From positions 36,704,001 to 36,768,000 of the forward strand of contig NC_043000.1 of the NCBI RefSeq assembly GCF_006345805.1: a stretch of DNA of 64,000 nucleotides, read 5' to 3'. Shown piece by piece: positions 26,172 to 36,399 of the stretch. Both the position numbers and the translations under genes were made by a program. The notes beneath the pieces are model-generated. The model did no database searches. It was not told where the DNA came from and saw only the letters and a program-made list of their open reading frames with translations. Source of the stretch: Octopus sinensis. Taxonomy: Eukaryota. Each line of letters opens with the position of its first letter. Within the stretch, counting starts at the first letter, position 1.

Positions 26172-26675
26172 AGTAGCATTATTTGCATTTGATGGATAGT
26201 TGTCTTCATCTTGTTTGTTGTTATCACAACGTTTCGGCTGATATATTCTCCAGCCTTCATCAGGTGTCTCGGGGAAATTTCGAACCTGGGTTCTCATTCC
26301 TAAGGTATTTTTCGTTGTTGTTATTAATATTATTATTATTCAGGTCACTATCTAGAATCGACCTCGGAATCTTGGAATTAGTAGCCCGCGTTCTTAACCA
26401 CTACGCCATATACACGTGGGCATAGTGGTTAAGAGCGCGGGCTAGTAACCCCAAGATTCCAAGTTCGATTCTAGGCAGTGATCTGAATAATAATAATAAC
26501 ATCGAAAAATACCTTAGGAATGAGAACCCATGTTCGAAATTTCCCCAAGACATCTGATTAAGGTTGGAGGATATATCAGGCGAAACGTTGTGACAAACAA
26601 CAAACAAGATGAGGACAAATATCCGTTAAATGTAAAAATGTACATAATTCCACATCTTTCAGATATAGAACAGTA
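26172..26675. mobile_element. Head-to-head dimer of a tRNA(Thr)-headed, hammerhead-containing SINE
   Basis: Left copy minus 26172-26409, right copy plus 26417-26675; each has an A box, B box, AT linker, HHR and tail. Confidence 0.85.
26223..26268 (-). ncRNA. Minimal type-I hammerhead ribozyme with intact core
   Basis: gacac CTGATGA a GGCTG gagaatatat CAGCC GAAA CG T T gtg; predicted GUU cleavage between 26228 and 26227. Confidence 0.7.
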
Positions 26676-27741
26676 GCATTTATTTATTCAAATATATCCT
26701 GTTGGATATAAAATCTGGTACCCCAATATTAGCTCAATTCGTTATACATTTTCTTTAACGATTCGTGTTCTTATAGCCATACATTAGGTTATAATGAATT
26801 GATTCTTGGGTTTATCCTGAGCTAAATACGAGGAAGACGAACCTACAGCGTGAAACCGACGTTCACTTGGTACAATTTGAGTCATTCATCCCTTCCCAAA
26901 TGTATTCAAAACAAAAATGAAACTTTCGTCTCATCTAAGTCTTCCCTGAAATATGGAGCACTTTTCTCTAATGTAGAAGAAAATGTCTTAGTTTTTTTCT
27001 AATGAGATCGATAAGACTAGTAATTGGTAATTAATGAAATCGATTTCCGATTGATTATACTTGTCCAAAGCTAAAATAGTTGGTCTTTTGTCGGGTTTGA
27101 AATAACTTTGTACGTCATTTATTAGAAAAGATTAGACTCGAATAGTCTCCTGGGGATTATATGTGAACTAGCTTTCGATTTCTGAGTGGAAAAAAAACCT
27201 TGCATTTTTCTTACGCAAGAACAATGAATAGCACTGATGGGACGGAAGAGTTTCCAGTGAACAAATCGGTGATTTTTAAGCTGCAACATATTCAGGCACT
27301 TCATCCGTACTCAAGACATCACACAACGATCTGCTGCACTTAGTTATACGTATATAGAACACAGCAAAATGCTCCAGGGTTGTAGGCAGAGGGAGCAATA
27401 TATCACTCTAATTAAATGACGTGTGTTTTATTATATTGCAATGCTTAGTTTAAAGTATTTTGATGAGCATCGGCCATGATAGAAGTTTTGCCAAACAACC
27501 CTTGTTGTTATTTTTACTCGAATGGTTTGTTTCGTTATTTTCTGTGTCTTATTTACATTTTCTCTTAATCGTTCCCCTCTCTGATGAATATGATACACCC
27601 TACTTGTACAATCTCTCCACCCGCAGTCAACGTACATGGAGATTAACTACTACTACTACTACTACCGTCGTGGCCATATCCATAATGATCGTCTCCTATT
27701 TATCGCCGTGGTGTTCTCTGTATCGCTGCTTCTATTAATCA

Positions 27742-27799
27742 TTATGGTGTAGTGATGACGTGCAAAACCAGGTTTATGGTGTGGTGATGACGTGCAAAA
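27742..27799. repeat. 26-bp direct repeat x2 (32-bp period) containing TGATGACGTGCA
   Basis: ttatggtgt(a/g)gtgatgacgtgcaaaa occurs twice. Confidence 0.85.
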
Positions 27800-29174
27800 A
27801 TCAAGTGAAGAACAACAAGCTTCCAGAACTGACACTCACACAGGAACAACCAATGATCGACACTGTCAACTTTTATCATTCAATGATTTACTCCAATTTT
27901 ACGATTCTTGAAAAATACAATTTTAACAAGATTAATGTCATAAACACCGCTAATATATTCGCGTTTATTCCGAATTTTACACGTTTTCTATAAAACGAAC
28001 AGGTTTAAATAATGCAAGATGTAATTACCTTTTATTCTGAGTTCGTGACCAACAAACAGAAATCTATGTGTTTGTTTATTTGTGTGTATGCGTGTATGTG
28101 TATTTATATATGTGTATAAGAGTCTGTATTTTAAAAGTGCGTGTTTCTTGTTTTGTGTGTGTATAACAGCGTGTATGACTGTTAAATCTAATATATAAGT
28201 CTGTGTGTGTTCTGTCTGATATGTTGCTATGGGCGTATTTGAGTTAATGCCTGGTATGTTACTGTGGGCGTATACATGTTATGTCCAGTATATAACTGTC
28301 GAATCCGAAAAGCGAGCTGGTCAAGGATGGAACGTACTTGATTGTCTGCTTGATCAGATCTGACCTGGGGTTATACATGTCAGACCTGATCTAAGCTTTA
28401 TTTAGATTACATTTAGATATCCCGGGAGATAAATGTAGTTTTGTTTGAAAGCAGGGTTTCTATGCAATATAAATCATAGGTATTTTCCCTTTTTTATTTT
28501 ATCAGATGGTCTATAACAGCGAGAATGCTTAAAATAGATTTTGGCAACGACTAGTGTATAACTTGTTTGGGAATGAATCTCATGGTAAGATTGATATCAT
28601 CTCATGCTGTGGTTTTACTTAGTCCAAAAGACAATTCGGTTAACATTTATCGCCGACAGAGAGAAATATTTCTTCAGGATTTTCAGGATAAATATTTGCT
28701 ACTGGTTCGTTTTGATAGGAAAACCTCTGACAGCGAAGACAATTAATTTACCTTACGTAAAGTTCAGTTTCTAGAAACGCAAATGCTCCCAGCCCCCACA
28801 CACATATACAAACACATACTTTCTCTCTCTTTCTCTCTCTCAACTCGATGTACGTTACTGAAACGAATTGAAATAGCCATCTATGTATCATACTTAAAGC
28901 ATATGCTTCGATCACGAGCATAATGTAGGTTTTGTTTGAGAGATAATCTCTTCCTAGTCAAGCTATGTTAAAAACACTGTATAGCTAAGCGAGGCAAAAA
29001 TCGCTCCATCCTTGACCCGTGAGAACACCAGACACGTTTCTTGTTCTTTGAGATTTGTCAATGACGTGTACACGCTGATCACATTATTCGACGTAATCTC
29101 TCGTCTCCGATATACTGACCGCTGAAATATACTGGACAGTGGAGAGAGTAAAAACGCATAGACTGTTAGATTTC

Positions 29175-29490
29175 AATACATACAATTTGCACACTGCCGG
29201 TTATGATGAACAGGGTTCCTGTTGGTTCGGTCAACGGAACAACGCTACTCGTGAAATCGATATGAAAGAGGTTGAGTACTCCATAGACACCGTTCCCTTA
29301 ATGTAGTTCAGCGAGATACAGTGTGACAAAGCTGGCCTTTTGAAACACAGGTTCAACTTACTTTTGCCAGGCGAGTAGACTGGGGCATAATGAAATAAAG
29401 TGTCTTGTTTAAGAAACCAATGCACTGCCGGAAACGGAACTCACAACCTGACACTTGTGAGCCGAACACACTAAACCACGTGCCTCCTCA
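29175..29490 (-). mobile_element. SINE sharing the family C 3' half, with a family D-like head
   Basis: rc tail matches the family C tail (aacggaac..ctcgtgaaa, tgtgacaa.gctggcc.ttgaaa). Confidence 0.65.
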
Positions 29491-29944
29491 GATAATCCTG
29501 TGTGGATACAAATTCTTATCTAAATGAGAAACCTGGAAGGTTTCATCGGGTGGGAAACGGTTGTTTCTCTTCAACTTGATCTGCGTTCGGTGACTTATAA
29601 GGGAGGAGGTTCAGAGGTTGGTTACTTTTAAATAATGCCTTTCCATCCAATGTTGCAGGAAAACTGATGATGGTGTTCCTATTTCCATGCCTGATAATTG
29701 TTCTACCAGGATCTTCTAGTCATCGTCTTTGAAGTTTAACTGTTTCTAATGATCTTACATGGAATTATTAGATTTATTGCTAAACCAGCCTCTGTGAATG
29801 TTCGTCTTCTATATTAATCTCCTCGTTATCTATTCAATACTGACTGTATTCTTCATTTTTTATAGATCTCTTATACGTTCCTGTTTATGGTGTATTGTTC
29901 ATACACTTTGCTCTGTGTCTCTACTGGAATTCTTAGTGATTAGA

Positions 29945-30150
29945 CTGTTGTACGAGCGATGGGAATATCGTGGTTTCGATTCTCTGTCCGGGTGGTTCGT
30001 TATGTTCTTGAGCAAAAACACATCATTTTTACGTTGCTCTGTGCTCACTTTGACATGTGGTGATGTCGATTTGATGGAAGGAGTGAGCTAATGTACAGCA
30101 CAACCATTTAATCACAATAAACAAGTCATTTGTGCAGGTTGTTCAGCAAG
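29945..30150 (+). mobile_element. SINE family D
   Basis: gtggtttcgattctc...gttcttgagcaaaaacac. Confidence 0.6.
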
Positions 30151-30154
30151 AAAA

Positions 30155-30416
30155 TGTTTATATATAAACGGCAAAATGTCTGTCTGTGTGTGTATCCTTT
30201 ATACAAATCCACAATTTTTCAGTTAGAGGGCTCGCACTTTCTATGGTCATTCAAAACCGTCCAAGGGTGGTCGTGCACATCTTTACATTTACCCAGTCAG
30301 TCCGCAAAGCCATTAAAATATCAATAGAAGTGACTTTTTTGTGAATTTTCTATCCAAAACCCAATCAAAGCCCCCGAAACCTGATACGCCAATTGAACGC
30401 CGGGTCATAGTGCTAG
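30155..30416 (+). mobile_element. Non-autonomous Helitron, decayed
   Basis: 5' t(g)tttatatataaa, 3' aacgccgggtcatagtgCTAG|T; the terminal hairpin is degraded. Confidence 0.6.
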
Positions 30417-31492
30417 TGTGTTTTAAAACTCACCATTCTTTCTTTTGTTGATCGAGTGCACAAGTGCGTTTCTAGCAATGTCGGTTCTGTTTTTGGCAGC
30501 TAATTCTCGAACCCTTGTTACATGGAACATATTTCATGTCTGTTCCATAATAGTCGTTACTCTACTGTATATTCTCCTCCTCCTCCTTTAACCCTTTGCA
30601 CCCTAACCACCCACAGGAATTGAATGCATCATCCTAAGCTCCCCGCGGGTTTCACTGAAAACTTTTAATTTTAGAATGTATGCTGAAAGACATGCTTCTT
30701 TCACAACAGAAGCGTGCAAAATGGTGAAAATTAAAGATATGTGGAATACCAGTAGACCGGCATTATGGGGATATACGGCCCTGGCGTAGTGCCGGTGCAC
30801 CGGCATTTCGTGTTCTGAGGGTCAGTAATCCAATCGCTCGTCTTTCTGCTGCTCCCAAACATTTTACTGCTGTTGTCTCCTCTTATAACAAATATTTCTA
30901 CTCTAATAGTTTCGTTCCTCAAACATCTTTGTTCTTCCTCCTTTATTTCATAAACGTAATAATAATTCTATTCAAATCCTCCCCTTTTAATAGTCCTTTA
31001 TTTTTGACAGTAGTCTTCCATTACAATTTCAGTTCTTCTGTAACTCCTAACAAATTAAATTGTGGCTTAAGGTTGGTTTTATTACTGATCGCTTGTTCGG
31101 TGATGTTGGCCGGCTAATCACGATCGAAGGAGATGGTCACTGACCATTACTGATGCAAAATGACAGCCGTGTCCGTGCATGAAATTGTTTCAGCAGCATC
31201 CGCGACTTCCATGCTCGCTTCGGTGCCCTCCTACTCGAGCAGGCGTCGGATAGTCGCCACGCCGGCGATTTCATGATCTAAAATTTTAGGTCTAAAAAGG
31301 CTTGAACACCACTTTACAGACCCTCTCCACCCTACTAATATGATCGAGACAATCCAGGACAAGATATCCAGTGCCAATGTGTGTCGCAAGTTCAGGGATG
31401 TCGGAGCCCCATGATCTCAAACGCAAGCAAAAGATCCCCATTAAATAAATAAATAAATAAATATATATATATTATTATTATTATTATTATTA

Positions 31493-31889
31493 CTAGCAGT
31501 ATCGCCCGGCGTTGCTCGGGTTTGTAAGGGAAATAATTATATAAGCATTTTTAGAGATGTAAAGTATAATAGCCATCTCAATATGGCTAACCACAAAGGG
31601 GGAGGGGTGTTACTGTAGCTTTTTACGTTCTGAGATTTAATAATAAATTTTAGAGAGTTACTTCCCTTATATATGTCAAAAATGGATTAAAAATGGGAAA
31701 AATTGATGGTAAATTTTTTTTTAAAAATCGTAGACTCATCGTAGACGCGCGCTAATACCCAGACGGTCTCGATATGAATCACGACTATAAGATACCCGGT
31801 TTTGGTTAAACTGCACCGCAAAATGTGGGAGTAGTTAGGAATCTAAATCGTAGGAGACAGACACACAACCTCACTTTTATATATAAAGA
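31493..31889 (-). mobile_element. Non-autonomous Helitron, 397 bp
   Basis: A|TC 5' end, hairpin cccgagcaacgccggg, CTAG|T 3' end, no TSD. Confidence 0.85.
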
Positions 31890-32051
31890 TTTCCTCTATT
31901 TACATAATATTGAGGTCTCTTTCTTTCTTTTGTTATCTTACTGTTTTTACCAATATACATATATATATATATATAAATATATATATAGTTACAGAGATGT
32001 ACTTGCATAGCAAGTGACTTGATCTGAGATCGTGTGCTGGAACGAAAACAG

Positions 32052-32310
32052 TTGTAGCGTTGAAGGTGTTTATAAGCCATTTAAGAAACACACAAAAACC
32101 GTTAGATTCACTTCAACATTTAAATTTAATTTGTCAAAATATTTTCGTCGCTTTGAGACCGCGAGCTGTTAGCACGATATTTTTGTCAGTGAACAGGTCG
32201 CGGTCTGAAAGCGAGGAAAATATTTTGGCAAATTAAATTTAAATGTTGAAGTGAATGTAACGGTTTTTGTGTGTTTCTTAAATGGCTTACAAACACCTTC
32301 CAGGCTGCAA
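32052..32310. mobile_element. Fold-back Penelope-like terminal repeat (arms 32062-32170 / 32192-32300, 21-nt spacer)
   Basis: ~109-bp arms about 92% identical by eye; carries an HHR-like fold. Confidence 0.8.
32182..32232 (+). ncRNA. Hammerhead-like motif with G3-C8 swapped core
   Basis: tttgtca GTGAACA g GTCGC ggtctgaaa GCGA(g; c in the other arm) GAAA atat T T tggcaaa; 7-bp stem I, palindromic stem III AATATT. Confidence 0.55.
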
Positions 32311-33056
32311 TATATATATACACACATATATATATGTATGTATGTATGTATGTGTGTATATGTGTATGCATGTATGTGTGTGTGTGTGCGTGTCTGTGCT
32401 TGTGATTGTCCTCCACCACTGCTTGACAACGAATGTTGGTTTGTTTACAACCCTGTCACCTAGTGGTTTGACAAAGGAAACAGATAGAATAAGTACAATG
32501 CTTACAAAAATAAAACTGGAGTTGATTCATTAAACTACAGTGTGCAATGAATAAACTGAAACTAATTCACTGTGTGTTGACAGGTAGAAAATAGAATGCG
32601 ATAGCTATGGCGATGGCGATGGCTATGGCGATGGCTATGGCGATGGCGATGTAATATTTGTTTCTCTCTATGACGCTCATAAAAGCATTGATGTACATGT
32701 GTGCGTGCGTGAGTGTGTGTGTGTCATTCCTCACACACACGCATACACATACATATATGAGAGTGGCAAACACAAACGTTTCAAACAACTACATACAAAC
32801 ACGTGTGTGTTTGTTATTAGTAAAAAAAGGCGCCAAAACACAACTCACTTATCATTCCAACACATTTGCAAAGACACACGGACGGTCGAATAACAATACA
32901 GAAAAGGTAAATTGGTTTTTATTTTACTCTGTATATATTTTATTATATAATATTATATATAGATATATGTATATATAATTGCAGTATGAAACAGTGTTTA
33001 TGTATAAACAGACGACACTTATATATAGTTATTAATAAATGTATGCATCCGTTTAA

Positions 33057-33836
33057 CCCTTTCGTTACCAAACCGCCCGAAAAAAATTTTGGTTAATGTG
33101 ACCAAGCCGCCCGAATTTACCTATTCATATTTAAATGAGAATATCAGAGTAAATCTCTTTAGAACATTCGTGAAAACATGTATTATACTTCGTAAACAGT
33201 TCAACTACAGTTTTGTACAAAAATCGAAGTGTAATTTTAATTCCGTGAATTATGGGAGATTTCTTCCCGAAATTTGTTCCTATTGTGTTTTCAAAATTTG
33301 TAATTCTGACAAAAAATGGATACGAATTTCATTATATCAAGCAGCGAGTCAGAATTCGAAGGATTTTCTACTGAAGACCTTCATAAATCTAACTCTATGA
33401 CTGAAAAAAAAAAGCATGTGGTATTTGATCTCAACCTAAACAAAGCGAAAGAAACGATAGTTTGTTATTTCCCACAACCTTAAATGAAATTAAGGCCTAT
33501 TTTGCCATAAATATTATTATGGGTATTAGAAAGTTACCCAGAATAACAAATTCTATCGTAAAATTTTGTTGATGTTTGAACAAAATTTTAATAATTTTAT
33601 ATATTGTTCAATTTACCTGTATCTACCTGCAATTAGAGTCACTTTGTGACAAAAAATATAGTATAGAATTGGTTGAGAACATTTCACTAAATTATCTTCC
33701 AAAAATCAGATTAATATATTCATAAATAAAAAAGTTATAGTTGTTTAATGAAACCAGACTAAATTTATGATTACGTTAGAAATTAATTGAAACACATAAG
33801 GGGTGTATTTTGGTCAGAAATATAGTAACGAAAGGG
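33057..33836. mobile_element. piggyBac-type MITE, 780 bp
   Basis: Perfect 12-bp TIR ccctttcgttac; TTAA TSD at 33053-33056 and 33837-33840; subterminal accaa(a/g)ccgcccgaa x2. Confidence 0.9.
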
Positions 33837-33947
33837 TTAAGAAAAACCAAAAAGATTTTATTCTTTGTAAATGTTGTGTTCAAAATAACATTTTCTTTTA
33901 AGAATGTGTATATAACAAAGTATGTGTATATAACTACGTGGCTTATA

Positions 33948-34346
33948 TCTTTATATATAAGAGTGAAGTTGTGTGTCTGTCTCCTACGATTTAGATTCGT
34001 AACTACTCCCACATTTTGCAGTGCAGTTTAACCAAAAGCGGGTATCTTATAGTCGTGATTCATATCGAGCCCTTTTGGGTATTAGCGCGCGTCTACGATG
34101 AGTCTACGATTTAAAAAAAAATTTACCATCATATTTTTCCATTTTAATGCATATTTTTCGTTATTATATAAGGGAAGTAACTCTCTAAAAATATCTACGA
34201 TGTGTCAACGCATTAAAAAAAAAATTACCTTAATTTTTTTTCAATTTTTAATGCATTTTTTTCCTATTTTTTGGCTATAACTCTCTAAAAATGCTTATAT
34301 AGTTATTTCCCTTACAAACCCGAGCAACGCCGGGCGATACTGCTAG
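33948..34346 (+). mobile_element. Non-autonomous Helitron, 399 bp, same family as 31493
   Basis: A|TCtttatatataa ... cccgagcaacgccggg cgatactgCTAG|T. Confidence 0.88.
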
Positions 34347-34670
34347 TCTATGTATATATGTATGTATGAGCCTATGAGGGAGACCCCTACATGGCAGCTA
34401 GACCTGGTAGAAATAGCAGCCAAATTTCCCCCAAATCACACCTTACTGTCTTATCTATGTATATATGTATGTATGAGCCTATGAGGGAGACCCCTACATG
34501 GCAGCTAGACCTGGTAGAAATAGCAGCCAAATTTCCCCCAAATCACACCTTACTGTCTTATCTATGTATATATGTATGTATGAGCCTATGAGGGAGACCC
34601 CTACATGGCAGCTAGACATGGTAGAAATAGCAGCCAAATCTCCCTCAAATCACACCTTACTGTCTTATCT
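34347..34670. repeat. 107-bp unit x3 tandem array
   Basis: Units start at 34347, 34454 and 34561; units 1 and 2 look identical, unit 3 has about 3 changes. Confidence 0.95.
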
Positions 34671-35174
34671 TTCTGCTACTTGGATATAGGTGTTATATTC
34701 GTCGTAAAAAACTTTCCTGTCACACACTCACGCACACACACACACACACACACGCACCCTCACACACACACACACGCGCACACCCACACACACCCACTCA
34801 CACACACGCACGTTAGCTTACAATTTTATTTATATATTTGCGTGTCTATGTGTTGAAAAGGAAGTGGGAGGCAGAGTGAAAGAATCACTCACTACAGTAA
34901 GTCAATTACTTTCATTTTATTCGTTGCCCACTGTGTGTGTGCGTTTGCGTGTGGTGTAAACCAGACTAAGAAAAGCATTTGACACACACACCAGAATGTG
35001 AGTTTTCTGTAAATTTTGCTTAATTGGAGTTTAAATTTTAAAAACTGGACCTGGTATGACGCGATGCATTGTACTCTTAAAAATGCAAGGTAAATTGTAA
35101 TTGAAGAAATCCTATATTGTAGATTTGTATAACTCCCAAAGGGAGGCAGATAAAATCTTTTATAATAAGAGATT

Positions 35175-35600
35175 AAAGCGGTGAGCTGATAGAAACGTTA
35201 GCACGCCGGGCGGAATGCTTAGCGGTATTTCGTCTGTTTTTACGCTCTGAGTTAAAATTCCGCCGAAGTCGACTTTGCCTTTTCTCCTTTGGAGTCGATC
35301 TAATCAACTGCTCCGCCTCTCAAAATTTCAGGCCTTGTACCTGTAGTAGAAATAATAATTATAATTATTATTATTATGATTATTATTATTTAGCAGAACG
35401 AAGGTGGCGAGCTGGCAGAATCGTCAGCCCACTGGGCGAAACAGACAAAAGTCTGTTTTTACCATTTGAATTTAAATTCTACCGCCGTTGACTTTGCCTT
35501 TCAACCTTTCGGGATCGATGGAATAAGTACCTGTTGATCACAGAGGGGTCACTGTGATCGACTAACTCCCTCCATCGACATTGCTGGCCTTGTGAAACCA
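35175..35600 (+). mobile_element. Two SINE family B monomers (35175-35350, 35400-35600)
   Basis: gcggtgagctg / ggcgagctggcagaa heads; gactttgccttt core. Confidence 0.8.
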
Positions 35601-35779
35601 AAACTTAACAGAAGTGACTCTAGGACCGAGACCTTCGCGCAAATCTCGACACTCGAGTCATTTTAATACTTCCGCCAAATACACACATACACACACAATA
35701 AGTGTCTGTATAAAGATATATTTGGAGCACACGCACACTCAGTTCTTCAGTTATTCCTACTCAGCTCTCTATAATTGCG

Positions 35780-35990
35780 ACACCCCTTATGATAACCAAG
35801 GAATCCTTGAACCATGGCAACAAACCTCTCTCAAATTGGTTTCTCCTTCTGATTGAATTCCGAAGAGAATACCATGCCCTCCAGAAACTTTACCTTTAGC
35901 ACGATGAATATATGCTAAAGAGAAGACCTCACGAGTACTAAGGGCTCGACGACAGAAAATGACATATCTATCGAGTATCTTTCCCAGTGC
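35780..35990 (-). pseudogene. Second, diverged Chapaev3-like transposase fragment
   Basis: About 75% identical by eye to 36655-36800. Confidence 0.5.
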
Positions 35991-36399
35991 AAGACTAAGC
36001 ATGTTGAGAATAGTGAATAATAAAAGTATTTTTCAAAATAAAAATGTAAAAATGAATAAAACCAAGCTGAATTTGGATTTCCTCTTTACCTTAGTAATGA
36101 ATAAATAATTTAATTACTACCAGCAATTACACTATAGTGTTACATAGTGTACGTGTTATTTGCTAATTACTTGTATTGAGAATGTATAGAAATTGGTTAT
36201 TTTTTCTTCGAACCGGTATTTTGAAATTTACCTATTTCCTGTGAGAAAACACTGGAATTTGCATATTTTCAATCAAAAAAGGTCAGCGAAAATATAAACA
36301 AAGTAGGAGTCAAATTGAACAAATATTTATACTGAAGCTATATGAAGTGAACGCAGACGTAATGAACGGAGTAACTTTTCCAAAATATGTGATTGTAAT

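Noticed and set aside
26417-26490. Functional tRNA-Thr gene
   Set aside because: No acceptor stem and a degraded T-arm; it continues into a repeat body, so it is a SINE head.
32598-32651. (Ile-Ala)n hexamer repeat with apparently synonymous variation
   Set aside because: The surrounding ORF is microsatellite-derived; only two variable positions, so synonymy is plausibly chance.
34347-34670. Repeat array as a CRISPR
   Set aside because: Head-to-tail identical units with no unique spacers; eukaryotic context with no cas genes.
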